A DNA stretch of 64,000 nucleotides from a virus, in the IMG/VR virus record IMGVR_UViG_3300028859_000011, positions 1-64,000 of that record; one strand, written 5' to 3'. Each line of letters starts with the position of its first letter. Positions within the stretch are counted from its first letter, which is position 1. Positions 41,655 to 51,235 of this stretch are shown one piece after another. A model generated the notes under the pieces. It had not been told where the DNA came from and did no database searches. It saw only the letters and a list, made by a program, of their open reading frames with translations. The position numbers were made by a program, and so were the translations under genes.

Positions 41655-42279
41655 TCAATTTTTATTCCAGCTTCCAACCGACTTTATATCAGATGAAGTT
41701 AATGAAAGAATGAAAAATTATTTATATAAAAATTGGATACCTTATCTTACCCCAATGGATTATTTAAATAGTTCTATAAAAGAATGTGTATTTCCAAGTA
41801 TTACGTATGAAGGATCAGAGCAAATAATTAAATATGGTAAAAAAATTGAATATAAGCCAGCTACAAATATTTATGATACATATAATAATACATTAGATAT
41901 AACATTTAGGAGTGTAGATTCTCATTCTAATTATTTTATGATGCAGCAAATTTTCAATGAATATTATAATAATACAAGAAAATATTCATTAACTAATATT
42001 AATTTATTTATTTTAGATAAAGATGGAGATTTTTTATATTCAATTGTATTTAGAACAGCATTACTTAAGTCATTATCAGAAGTTAGACTTATGTATCAAT
42101 CAATTGATGTATCAGAACAAACTTTTACTGTAACGTTTAAATTTAATTTTATGGATGTATATTGGAAATTAACAGATAATCCAGATTATAAAGAAGATAA
42201 TATATTTTATTCTAAAACTTGGGATCATACTAATGAAATTTTACCCATGAAAAGATCACAAAATAATTATAATTTATAA
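41632..42279 (+). CDS. T4 gp19/gp54-like tail tube or tube-initiator protein
   Basis: IKECVFPSI...TLDITFRSVD...ILDKDG...LKSLSEVRL...TFTVTFKFN pattern of the tube family. Confidence 0.6.
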   Translation: MRISSQNNQFLFQLPTDFISDEVNERMKNYLYKNWIPYLTPMDYLNSSIKECVFPSITYEGSEQIIKYGKKIEYKPATNIYDTYNNTLDITFRSVDSHSNYFMMQQIFNEYYNNTRKYSLTNINLFILDKDGDFLYSIVFRTALLKSLSEVRLMYQSIDVSEQTFTVTFKFNFMDVYWKLTDNPDYKEDNIFYSKTWDHTNEILPMKRSQNNYNL

Positions 42280-42310
42280 AACTTTTTATTTTTAATATTA
42301 TATAAATTAC

Positions 42311-42556
42311 ATGAAATATGAAAAACATAAATATGGAATATGGAATTTAAATTATCCAACAGAAATAGATAATTTTGCGTATAATATATATCTATTGGAA
42401 TTTAATAAAAAATATTTAAAAGGTTCTCCTTATTTAGATCAAATAACATTTAAATCATATTATCATAAGAATAATGATAATGAATATTATAAAAAAGCAA
42501 AGCAATTAATTAGAATAAATAAATTAGAAAAAATAAATAAATTAGAAAATAAATAA
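42311..42556 (+). CDS. Family B tagged protein (paralogue of 55553-55813)
   Basis: GIWNL...DNFAY...YYKKAKQLIRINKLEKI. Confidence 0.65.
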   Translation: MKYEKHKYGIWNLNYPTEIDNFAYNIYLLEFNKKYLKGSPYLDQITFKSYYHKNNDNEYYKKAKQLIRINKLEKINKLENK

Positions 42557-42588
42557 ATTAGAAAATAAATAAATTAGAAAAAAATAAA
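42514..42588. repeat. Short tandem repeat of AAATTAGAAAA(A)TAAAT-type units
   Basis: Four units starting at 42521, 42539, 42555 and 42571, running through the stop codon of 42311-42556. Confidence 0.8.
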
Positions 42589-42659
42589 CTTTCTAATATT
42601 TATGATATACAATCAAAACAATCAAAATAAATAAATTAATTATTAACATAAAAAATAAA

Positions 42660-43817
42660 ATGAACACAGAATTAGTAGTAGGAGTAAATATCGGTAGTTT
42701 ACCAGATCCATTTCCAGAATTGAGTAACAATAGAATCAGAAAAATAAAGAGTTCTGGTGATTTGAATTCAGAATATAGAGATATGTATGAAAAGATGGAA
42801 AAATCATTATCTGGTAAAAAAGAGATTAAAGAAAATCAAGTAGTTACAGGTACAATATCTTCAATCAATCAGAAAGAAATTTTAATTGATTTTGGATTTA
42901 AAGATTTTATTTATGTAGAAAAACCTAAATTGAATACAGTTGTAACAGAATTGCTAGTAGGTGATTCAATTGATGTATTAATAACATCAGTATCAGAAAA
43001 ACCATATTTAATTAAGGGTTCTATTACAGAACTAATTAAACAAAATGTTCACAGTAAAATGAAAGAATATTTTGAACAACGATTGCCTCTTATATCTGAA
43101 GTTAAATCAATGATACCAGCAGGTTATATGATGGATATTATTATGGATAATGTTAGAGTTGAGGCATTTATGCCAAATACATTAGCAGATGTAAATAAAT
43201 TAACAGACTCAGAATCTATATTAGGTTTGACTTTTGAAGTAATGCTAGAAACATTACAGCAAGAAAAGGGTGTTTATGTAGTATCAAGAAAAAAATATTT
43301 ACAATCATTAATACCAGACGAAGTAAGAAAATTAAAATATGATATTACATATACTGGAGATATTACAGGTACAACTCCATTTGGTGTTTTTGTACAATTT
43401 AAAGCTACTGAAGATGGTCCTAATTGCTTAACTGGTATGGTTCATAAAGCTAATATTGGTGAAAAATGGCAAAATAAATGGAATGAAATAGTACCTGGTA
43501 TGACTATTGATTTTTATGTTAAAGAAGTTATAAAAAATAATAAAATTATTCTTACTCAAATTTTAAAAGAATCTATGTGGGATAGTATTAAAGTTGGTAA
43601 AATATTAACTGGTAAAATAAGAGATATTAAAAATTTCGGTGCTCTTATCACACTTGATGATGAAACAACTGGATTAATTCAAACTACATATCTTAATAGA
43701 AGTGATAAAAAATATAAAGTTGGTGAAGAAGTTACTGTAAAAGTTATATCATTAATAAGGGATGATAGAAAAATTTATTTAAATTTTGCTGATGCTAAAC
43801 CAAAAAGGGATGAATAA
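42660..43817 (+). CDS. Ribosomal protein bS1-like protein with about four S1 domains
   Basis: VVTGTISSI...IDFG, ITGTTPFGVFV, GKIRDIKNFGALITL...GLI...VGEEVTVKVI. Confidence 0.8.
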   Translation: MNTELVVGVNIGSLPDPFPELSNNRIRKIKSSGDLNSEYRDMYEKMEKSLSGKKEIKENQVVTGTISSINQKEILIDFGFKDFIYVEKPKLNTVVTELLVGDSIDVLITSVSEKPYLIKGSITELIKQNVHSKMKEYFEQRLPLISEVKSMIPAGYMMDIIMDNVRVEAFMPNTLADVNKLTDSESILGLTFEVMLETLQQEKGVYVVSRKKYLQSLIPDEVRKLKYDITYTGDITGTTPFGVFVQFKATEDGPNCLTGMVHKANIGEKWQNKWNEIVPGMTIDFYVKEVIKNNKIILTQILKESMWDSIKVGKILTGKIRDIKNFGALITLDDETTGLIQTTYLNRSDKKYKVGEEVTVKVISLIRDDRKIYLNFADAKPKRDE

Positions 43818-43820
43818 AAT

Positions 43821-43865
43821 AAAAATAGAGAATGATTCGTTATAACGAACCATTCTCTATTTTTT
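43821..43865. terminator. Terminator after the S1-domain gene
   Basis: AAAAATAGAGAATG...CATTCTCTATTTTT with an inner TTCGTT/AACGAA stem. Confidence 0.8.
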
Positions 43866-43936
43866 TACTTTACAGTAGATTAAATATTCGACAAATATTG
43901 ATATAATATATTATTTAAATTATCATATTTTTTATA

Positions 43937-43977
43937 TAACTAAAAAAGCATCACCATTGGTGATGCTTTTTTAGTTA
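43937..43977. terminator. Terminator after nusG
   Basis: 20 bp perfect arms TAACTAAAAAAGCATCACCA / TGGTGATGCTTTTTTAGTTA. Confidence 0.85.
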
Positions 43978-43980
43978 TTA

Positions 43981-44496
43981 TTAATTTTCATCTTTTATAA
44001 ATTGTGTATAATTTAAATCTAGCATAACTTCTCTATCAAAAACATTAACTGCAATTTTAGATTTTTTCTTAACATCATCAAGAGTTTTAATGACTCCTTT
44101 GAAATTATTAAATGGTCCATCTATTATTTTAACTCGTTCTTTAATATAATAAGTATTATCATTAACATAAACAATTAAATCATCAGTTTTTTTGTCTAAT
44201 AATCTATCAACTTCAGATTGCCTTAATGGTTTTTTTAATACACTTTGTACTCCTCCAATATATTTAACAAAACCTTCAACAGTATCTATAGATTCACATT
44301 CAATAAATATATAACCTGGTATTGTTATTTTTTCAACATTTATCTTTTTTCCATTTCTTAATTGCTGAGTTTTATTACTAGGTACTAATATATTTGATAT
44401 GAGATTTTCAATAGGATGCATTTTTAATTCGTGTTCTATTGATTCTTTTACTTTTTTTTCTTTGCCATTGGCAACTTTTATAACATAGTATTTCAT
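43981..44496 (-). CDS. nusG: Transcription factor NusG homologue
   Basis: YYVIKVANGKEKKV, PGYIFIE (NGN domain); VKIIDGPFNNFKGVI (KOW). Confidence 0.9.
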   Translation of the reverse strand: MKYYVIKVANGKEKKVKESIEHELKMHPIENLISNILVPSNKTQQLRNGKKINVEKITIPGYIFIECESIDTVEGFVKYIGGVQSVLKKPLRQSEVDRLLDKKTDDLIVYVNDNTYYIKERVKIIDGPFNNFKGVIKTLDDVKKKSKIAVNVFDREVMLDLNYTQFIKDEN

Positions 44497-44583
44497 TTTT
44501 TATAATTATTTTTATAATTATTATATAAACTTTTAAATAAAAAGTTCAAAAAAATCCTTATATTTTTACATATAAGGATTTTG

Positions 44584-45054
44584 TTAATATCTTCTAATAA
44601 TTGTCTTTTTTTTTGGTTCTTCCATTACAGGAGGATAATAAGGAGTAAATGATTTATCATCGCTATATTCATCTGTAAATATTTTATCAGTATCTACATT
44701 AGTATTATATTTTTTAGGCTCAAATATTGAATCATTACTATCACCTTTTTCTTCATCTCTTTTTAGTCTTTGATTTATAAATTCTCTAACATAATTATGA
44801 GCAGATTTTAAATCATCTTTCTTTTTATTTCTTAATCTCACACTTTTTCCATCTTTAGTTTTTTTGAAAATTTTACAAATGAAAAATATTCCCTTTTTCT
44901 GTATTCTAGCAAAATAATATGGTTCTACATTTCCTGATTTATATTTTATAATTCCTCCAAATACAGTAGGATTATATTTTGCTTTGCCACTAGTAAATAA
45001 TTTATCATCTATAATATTATCTTTCCAGTTTTCAAATGTTTTAATTTTTTTCAT
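44584..45054 (-). CDS. Family A leader protein
   Basis: Starts MKKIKTFENW; TTTTATATATATAT directly upstream. Confidence 0.65.
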   Translation of the reverse strand: MKKIKTFENWKDNIIDDKLFTSGKAKYNPTVFGGIIKYKSGNVEPYYFARIQKKGIFFICKIFKKTKDGKSVRLRNKKKDDLKSAHNYVREFINQRLKRDEEKGDSNDSIFEPKKYNTNVDTDKIFTDEYSDDKSFTPYYPPVMEEPKKKTIIRRY

Positions 45055-45122
45055 ATTACATATATATATAAAACTTTTATTATTATTTTTTCTATATTAA
45101 TTATAAAATAATAAATGAAATA

Positions 45123-45398
45123 ATGAAAAACTCTTTATTGAAAATTAGAATTGATGATGAAGAATATAAAAAATTTCAAGACGTCTGTGAAAAAAAAGAT
45201 AAATCTATGAGTGAGGTTATAAGATCATTTATCAGTTCATATAATAATGGAAAAAATATCATATTATTAGATATCGATAACGAAACATTTGATAAAAGTT
45301 TAGAAATGTGTAAATCTAAAAAAATAAAACTTAATGATGTAGTTAAATATCTATTAAATAAAGCAATTAAAAATAAAGATAAACTAACGTTTAAATAA
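45123..45398 (+). CDS. Tandem ribbon-helix-helix DNA-binding protein
   Basis: LLKIRIDDEEYKKF...SMSEVIRSFI and ILLDIDNETF...KLNDVVKYLL. Confidence 0.7.
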   Translation: MKNSLLKIRIDDEEYKKFQDVCEKKDKSMSEVIRSFISSYNNGKNIILLDIDNETFDKSLEMCKSKKIKLNDVVKYLLNKAIKNKDKLTFK

Positions 45399-45434
45399 AA
45401 AGTGCTGTTTTATAAAACAGCACTTTTTATTTAA
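45391..45434. terminator. Perfect 44 bp palindrome, bidirectional terminator
   Basis: TTAAATAAAAAGTGCTGTTTTA / TAAAACAGCACTTTTTATTTAA. Confidence 0.8.
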
Positions 45435-45637
45435 ACCCATTCCTCTTCTTCAAGAAGTATTGGATCATATTTTAATCCAAGTTCATATATTTTATCATAA
45501 ATTTCATTTTTGTTTTTTGTTTCGAAAAATTCATTAACTGTTTCAAATTCACCTTCAATTTGCTTTAACAACAAAACATCTTTTGTTTCAGCATCCCAAA
45601 CCAATTTTCATACATCTTTTTTTTCATTTTTTTTCAT
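45431..45637 (-). pseudogene. 68-codon frame broken by one in-frame TGA
   Basis: MKKNEKKDV*KLVWDAETKDVLLLKQ...EEEEWV; TGA at 45608-45610. Confidence 0.5.
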
Positions 45638-45859
45638 AGAGAATTTATTATTTTTTTATTGTAAATTAAGTTGAATATAATTCAACTTTTTTAAAAATTT
45701 TGCTATATACTTATAGTATTTCTCACTCAAGTATATATTAATTAATACGCATCAGATATTTCTATTTTATTTAATTATTTGATATTTAGATTATTATAAG
45801 TTATTGATTAATAGAAATAAATAAAATAATTAAAAATAATTAAAAATAATTAAAAATAA

Positions 45860-46438
45860 ATGGCTAAATTATATTTTAGATACTCTACAATGAATGCAGG
45901 TAAAAGCATAGATTTAATTAGAACTAATTTTAATTATCTTGAAAATGGTAAAAAGACCATGTGTTTTACATCAAGTAAAGATAATAGATATGGAGTAGGT
46001 AAAATAACATCAAGAATTGGATTATCAATTGATGCTATACCAGTAAATGAGGATACTAATATATATGATATAGTTAAAAAAGAAGTAGATATATCTTGTG
46101 TATTTGTAGATGAAGTACAGTTTTTAACATCTGATAATATATTTCAATTGTCAGATATCGTAGATGAATTAAATATACCAGTAATTTGTTATGGACTTAG
46201 ATCGGATTATAAAATGATAGGATTTATTGGATCATCTCAATTAATTTCAATATGTGATTCTATTGAAGAAATTAAAACTATATGTAATCATTGTAAAACT
46301 AAAAAAGCTATATTAAACGCTAGATTTTTAAATGATAAAATAATAATTGAAGGACCACAAATTATAATAGGTGGTAATGATAGCTATAAACCTTTATGTA
46401 GAAAATGTTATAAAACAATATTAAAAGAACAAAAATGA
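45860..46438 (+). CDS. tdk: Thymidine kinase
   Basis: STMNAGKS, VFVDEVQF, YGLRSDY, zinc CNHC/CRKC, IIGGNDSY. Confidence 0.95.
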   Translation: MAKLYFRYSTMNAGKSIDLIRTNFNYLENGKKTMCFTSSKDNRYGVGKITSRIGLSIDAIPVNEDTNIYDIVKKEVDISCVFVDEVQFLTSDNIFQLSDIVDELNIPVICYGLRSDYKMIGFIGSSQLISICDSIEEIKTICNHCKTKKAILNARFLNDKIIIEGPQIIIGGNDSYKPLCRKCYKTILKEQK

Positions 46439-46638
46439 AAGATAATTTAAATGAGAAATTAGAACAAGGATATAAAAGACTTTGTTTAGTAAATGTGGTT
46501 TGGTCATTATTATTAATGCCATTAGCATTTGTATTTAATCAAAATGATTTATCTATGTTTGTACTTATATGGATGATTTGGATTATTATCGGATTATTTT
46601 TATCACCTAAAATAACAATGAAAATATGGCGAAAGTAG
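46435..46638 (+). CDS. Small two-helix membrane protein
   Basis: Two hydrophobic segments. Confidence 0.55.
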   Translation: MKDNLNEKLEQGYKRLCLVNVVWSLLLMPLAFVFNQNDLSMFVLIWMIWIIIGLFLSPKITMKIWRK

Positions 46639-47039
46639 ATTTTATAACACTTGCAAATATTATATTTAAAGATAAAGATAAATATAAATTTATAACAGAT
46701 GAAGAAAAAGAAGATTCTTTTTTTATGCTTAATAGAAAATTCGCATATAAATATTTGAGAAAAGCACAATTTTTTAATAATAAAAATATTAATAAATCAT
46801 CATCATTAGATATTTGGTATCAAATTTTTTATAAAACTACTAATGGAACACCTGATTGGTGGTGGAAAACAAAGCAGCCTTCAAAAAATAAGATAAAATC
46901 TGAATTTAATAATAATGATCTGAATTTAATAATAGATTATTATGAAATAAAAAAAAGTGATATTGAATTTTTAATTAAATATTATAGTCAAGATTTAAAG
47001 GATGATATTAAAAGACTTAAGAAATTTAAAAATGAATAA
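46626..47039 (+). CDS. Possible clamp-loader small subunit (T4 gp62-like)
   Basis: FFMLNRKF...WWWKTK...LIIDYY loosely follows the gp62 layout (FMVNRxLS ... KWxK ... IxxYY). Confidence 0.35.
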   Translation: MAKVDFITLANIIFKDKDKYKFITDEEKEDSFFMLNRKFAYKYLRKAQFFNNKNINKSSSLDIWYQIFYKTTNGTPDWWWKTKQPSKNKIKSEFNNNDLNLIIDYYEIKKSDIEFLIKYYSQDLKDDIKRLKKFKNE

Positions 47040-47067
47040 AAAAAAGTAGATAAAAATCTACTCTTTT

Positions 47068-47862
47068 TTATTCTAAACGAATATTATATATTTCTTCTTT
47101 AATGTAGTTACAATTTGTTTTGTAATAATAACCATCAATTGTTATACAATTTTTATTCCTACCATTTGATATAATTATAATATCGTATGAATAATTATAA
47201 TTAATCTTTTTCTCATTATATAAAACTAAATAGTGTGTATCAAATTTTAATATTCCTGCAGATTCAAATATAACATCATCTAATGTTCTTTTTTGTGATG
47301 AAAATGGCTTTACTTGAACTGTATATTTTTCATTATCAAACATAAATGATCCATCTATTCCACTAACATCTTCTGCTATATTTATTGGAGGATTAAATTT
47401 AATTATTTTTTTAGTTTTATTATTATTATTAATAAAATTTTGAAAATATATATTTGCTAAATTTTCACCACGCTTACCTTTATTAGATGTACATTCGACG
47501 ATATGATAATTACCAATAAAAAATACTCCATTATAATGATATTGATTAAATAAATTATATTTCATATATTTAATAAAAGATTCTTCAGTTCTTATATCAT
47601 TAAATTTTGCTATACTCTCAAATGTTCTTTTATTATTAATAAATTTATTTATAATTTCCATTTCATAACTTTTTTTATTTATTTCAAATTTATCTTTATT
47701 ATTATTTTTTATATAACCAAATTTTGAATATACTCTTTGAATAAAATTTTCAATTTTATCATTTATTTTTGATTTTTCTTTTGATGAAATTTCAACATTA
47801 ACTTCTTCATTATCATCATCATACCATTTCAATATTGTTGGTTTATTATTATTTTCACTCAT
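47068..47862 (-). CDS. Putative PD-(D/E)xK-fold nuclease
   Basis: GKRGENLA ... EDVSGIDGSF...TVQVKPF matches an E...D...GID...QVK arrangement. Confidence 0.45.
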   Translation of the reverse strand: MSENNNKPTILKWYDDDNEEVNVEISSKEKSKINDKIENFIQRVYSKFGYIKNNNKDKFEINKKSYEMEIINKFINNKRTFESIAKFNDIRTEESFIKYMKYNLFNQYHYNGVFFIGNYHIVECTSNKGKRGENLANIYFQNFINNNNKTKKIIKFNPPINIAEDVSGIDGSFMFDNEKYTVQVKPFSSQKRTLDDVIFESAGILKFDTHYLVLYNEKKINYNYSYDIIIISNGRNKNCITIDGYYYKTNCNYIKEEIYNIRLE

Positions 47863-47933
47863 TTAAATTAAGACTTTATTAATTGTTTTTTATTATCGAT
47901 TATTTTAATTAATAACGAATATAATAAAAAAAA

Positions 47934-47961
47934 GTGAAACAACCTAATGTTTCACCTCCTT
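47934..47961 (-). terminator. Hairpin plus U-tract containing a perfect Shine-Dalgarno 10-mer
   Basis: Minus strand AAGGAGGTGAAAC-ATTAGGTT-GTTTCAC-T8. Confidence 0.6.
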
Positions 47962-47981
47962 TTTTTGTTAAATTTAAAAAT

Positions 47982-48053
47982 AGAGAGATAGCTTCCACAC
48001 ACCAAATGTAATTTTATTGATTAATTCGTCAGGACCTTAACCCGAATCTCTCT
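47982..48053. ncRNA. Candidate small structured RNA
   Basis: Closed by AGAGAGAT/ATCTCTCT with inner stems (ATTCG/CGAAT, TCGGG/CCTGA on minus); GC-richer than its flanks; no ORF. Confidence 0.4.
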
Positions 48054-48203
48054 TATATTATAAATACAAAAACCTAGCAAACTTTAAAAAAAAGTCTCAC
48101 TAGGTTGTAAATATTTAATATCTTTTAATATCAGTTTTTTACTCATAATTATATACCTTATATATAAATATATTTATATCTATTTTATCTAAAACTAAAA
48201 ATT

Positions 48204-48755
48204 TTATTTACATAAACGATCTGAAGCAGAACTTGAAGCAAAACTATATGGTTTTCCCATTACTTTATATTTTTCACCGCATAACCATCCCATAACATCA
48301 TTATAAACTTTATTTGATTTATTGTTTGATAATCTTGCTCCATTTCTTGTATTTTTTTTAACATTTAAATCTACATGAATTTCTACTAGCTTATTTGGTG
48401 TTGAATCATCATAATAGTTTTTATCAAATTTATATTTATAATTATTATTACTTAATGTTTCGTTAATAGATTCAGCAACATCATGAGACAATAATGCTTC
48501 ATTCCATAATTTAGTTACAAGGTCTTTAACTTTAGGCTCAGTATATGTTGCATAAACTACATGAGCACCTTTTCTTTTTTCCTCATTATAAAAAACAACT
48601 GAAACTGCATATTTAGTTCTATGCATATGACTATCTGAATCACAACCAATAATTACTTTTGATCCTTTATCAACATTTTTAACATAATTTAATACGTAAT
48701 CATTTATACTTATAATTTTTTCTCCATTTATTTTTCTCCATGCTAAATTTTCCAT
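48204..48755 (-). CDS. RNase H-like protein (DUF458/YkuK type)
   Basis: VIIGCDSDS, LWNEA, EIHVDLN, KPYSFASSSASDRLC. Confidence 0.8.
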   Translation of the reverse strand: MENLAWRKINGEKIISINDYVLNYVKNVDKGSKVIIGCDSDSHMHRTKYAVSVVFYNEEKRKGAHVVYATYTEPKVKDLVTKLWNEALLSHDVAESINETLSNNNYKYKFDKNYYDDSTPNKLVEIHVDLNVKKNTRNGARLSNNKSNKVYNDVMGWLCGEKYKVMGKPYSFASSSASDRLCK

Positions 48756-49008
48756 GTCTATTAATTATTTAATTTTTTATTTATTAATGATTATGTATTT
48801 TATATTTTCAAATAAGTTTATTATTTAATTAATATCTTATCTTTATTTTTATCATAAATTAAATTTTATTATATATGTCATTATATTATTTCAATTTATC
48901 ATTTTTATAAGTGTTTTTATAACATTATTTAAGTTCAAAATATAAACTTATCTATCATTTTTTATATACATTTGTAAATTAATACGTAATAAATAAATCA
49001 AACAAAAA

Positions 49009-49722
49009 ATGTCAAAAATAAAAATTAATAATGAATATGCAGTCAGAATAAATCATCCAGAATTTGGAATTTTTTATTTTTCATATTCTAGTAATAATAT
49101 AAAAGGAGAAACATTTGTATTTACTAAAAATTTATCTAAAGTTCAAACTTGGAAAACAATAAAATTTTCAGATAATCAAATTAATGTAATTATATCAGCA
49201 ATGAAATTTAAGACTCGTAATATATATTTATCACTTGATAAAAATATAGAAAATAAAACACAAGATAATATTATAAAATCAAGAAATAAATATTATTATG
49301 TTATTGATTCATCACAAGATATCAAATCAAAAATGCTTCTATTAACTGCAGATAAAAATATAAAAAAATTAAATGATACATTAATAGAAGATTCAGAAAG
49401 TATATATAATTTATATACTAATATTAAAACTAATGTCATCACAAGTAATTTTAAAAAAATCAATAATTGTGATGTAGATTTTGATAAAATATTAAAAGAT
49501 TCAAATGATACATTATCAGCTATTCAATTACAGAATGATATACAAAATGAATTAGCACTTAAAGTGAATAATTATATTGATGATATTTCACAATATAAGA
49601 AAGATAACAATATTTTAAAAGAATTTGAATGCTATACTGGAATATATTTAGATGTTATTGATGCATCTTATGGTTTTAGAAAATTAAAATTAAAATTACT
49701 TAATAATATTAATAATCACTAA
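49009..49722 (+). CDS. Hypothetical protein with Family B tag
   Basis: TACATTTG box upstream; ends FRKLKLKLLNN. Confidence 0.65.
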   Translation: MSKIKINNEYAVRINHPEFGIFYFSYSSNNIKGETFVFTKNLSKVQTWKTIKFSDNQINVIISAMKFKTRNIYLSLDKNIENKTQDNIIKSRNKYYYVIDSSQDIKSKMLLLTADKNIKKLNDTLIEDSESIYNLYTNIKTNVITSNFKKINNCDVDFDKILKDSNDTLSAIQLQNDIQNELALKVNNYIDDISQYKKDNNILKEFECYTGIYLDVIDASYGFRKLKLKLLNNINNH

Positions 49723-50358
49723 TTAATTTTTTATCAGTTTTTTAATATTATCTAATTTATTTATCGAAAAAATCCATCCAGCTTTTTTACCACCAGTTTT
49801 AGGATCAGTTAAAAATTTATTATATCTACAACCTAATGATAATAATTCATCTTTAATTTTTTTTGTTCCAATACCAAAAAGCGCATATGCTTTATCTGAA
49901 TATTTAACTAACTCTATATCATCATTTTCTTTTTGATCAAATGTAGATATTGATTTTATATGCTTTAATTTTGGATTTTCTTTTTTTGGCTCTTCAACTT
50001 TTGGTTCTTCAATAATATCAGGTTTATATAACATAAATACTTCAGATAATAGCATTTGATTGCCTTCTTCATCTTCCCAATGTCTAGAAAAATTATGCTG
50101 AGATATTTTATATTTTTTCAATAATGAATTTACCAAAACAGTATCTATTTTTGTATTTAAATTTCCAATTTTAATAAACTCTAAATCTTTTTTCCATTCA
50201 CCTTTACCTAATCCAGATTTTGATATAAAACTATTCATTTTAAGATATAAATCATCATTGTTTATATCTAATAATATCTTAGCTTCAACAGAATTATAAT
50301 CGTAATCCCAAGAGTAATAAGATTTATTTTTAGCTAATAATTTAAAATTTTCATTCAT
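49723..50358 (-). CDS. Hypothetical protein with C-terminal YSxKA...LG.RYN...GWIF domain
   Basis: TTTTATATATAAC upstream; the C-terminal motif is one I recognise from phage/Bacteroidota hypothetical proteins. Confidence 0.6.
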   Translation of the reverse strand: MNENFKLLAKNKSYYSWDYDYNSVEAKILLDINNDDLYLKMNSFISKSGLGKGEWKKDLEFIKIGNLNTKIDTVLVNSLLKKYKISQHNFSRHWEDEEGNQMLLSEVFMLYKPDIIEEPKVEEPKKENPKLKHIKSISTFDQKENDDIELVKYSDKAYALFGIGTKKIKDELLSLGCRYNKFLTDPKTGGKKAGWIFSINKLDNIKKLIKN

Positions 50359-50430
50359 AATATAAACTATATTTTCGTTATATATAAAATAAACTTTTTA
50401 ATTTATTTATATTATAACAAATAAAAATAT

Positions 50431-50733
50431 ATGTTCAAATTAGAAATAGAAACTTGTATGAGTGAACCTCCAATTATTATTGATATAGAATCTTTTAAAG
50501 CATTTGATAGAAAGAAATCCGAAATTCATAAGATGTTAAATAGTTATATATTTGAAATAAATACAAAACAAATCAGAGATGAAATTAAAGAAAATGTATT
50601 AAAAATTTTAAGTATGGATATAATAAATATTAGAAGAGAAAAACTTAAAATATTGGATGAAATTTCTGGAAATAAAAAAATAAAAAAATATTATCATAAT
50701 GATATGATGATCAAGTACAATATTGAAATATAA
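50431..50733 (+). CDS. Hypothetical protein with Family B tag
   Basis: IRREKLKIL; AAACTTTT...TATTAT motif upstream. Confidence 0.6.
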   Translation: MFKLEIETCMSEPPIIIDIESFKAFDRKKSEIHKMLNSYIFEINTKQIRDEIKENVLKILSMDIINIRREKLKILDEISGNKKIKKYYHNDMMIKYNIEI

Positions 50734-50746
50734 AAACAACTGAATA

Positions 50747-51214
50747 ATGATGACATTACCTCATTTTAATTCTATACAAAACTGTTGTTATAATATAGAT
50801 CCTATTTATCAATCATGTTTTGAAGTTAGATTTAATAATAAATTTTTACTAGATAATTGTATATCTATAGAAAATAATATTATTAATTTTAATCTTTATA
50901 TTTATGAAAATGAGTTACAACCATTTAATATTATAAATGATATGATTAATAATAACGAAATTATAAATTATTTAGAAATTATAAATTATAATAACGAAGG
51001 TACAATAAAATATGCAGTATTTTTAGAAAAATTTAAATTTGTAGAATTTGTAGGATTTCTTGATTTTGATTTGGTTAAATATGATAAAAAATATAATATA
51101 AAAAATTTACATGTTAAATTTAAATATGATAAAATGACTGTAATTATAGAAAAAAAATATAATAACTTTATTAGAAAAATTAAAATTAAGTGTTTAAATG
51201 AAAAAGATTCATAA
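50747..51214 (+). CDS. Degenerate tail-tube-like protein with Family B tag
   Basis: LPHFNS...IDPIYQSCFEV start, YNNEG strand and LHVKFKYD end resemble gp19-type tubes; ends IRKIKIKCL. Confidence 0.5.
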   Translation: MMTLPHFNSIQNCCYNIDPIYQSCFEVRFNNKFLLDNCISIENNIINFNLYIYENELQPFNIINDMINNNEIINYLEIINYNNEGTIKYAVFLEKFKFVEFVGFLDFDLVKYDKKYNIKNLHVKFKYDKMTVIIEKKYNNFIRKIKIKCLNEKDS

Positions 51215-51235
51215 AATATGAATCTTTTTCATTTT

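Noticed and set aside
45820-45860. AAAATAATT repeats before tdk and similar A-rich runs before other starts
   Set aside because: Low-complexity A-rich leaders are expected for SD-less initiation in an AT-rich genome.
47982-48053. Hammerhead ribozyme or THF riboswitch identity for the small RNA
   Set aside because: CTGACGA is present but the required GAAA is GAAG and the stems do not fit; GATTCGGGTTAAG resembles only the start of a THF aptamer.
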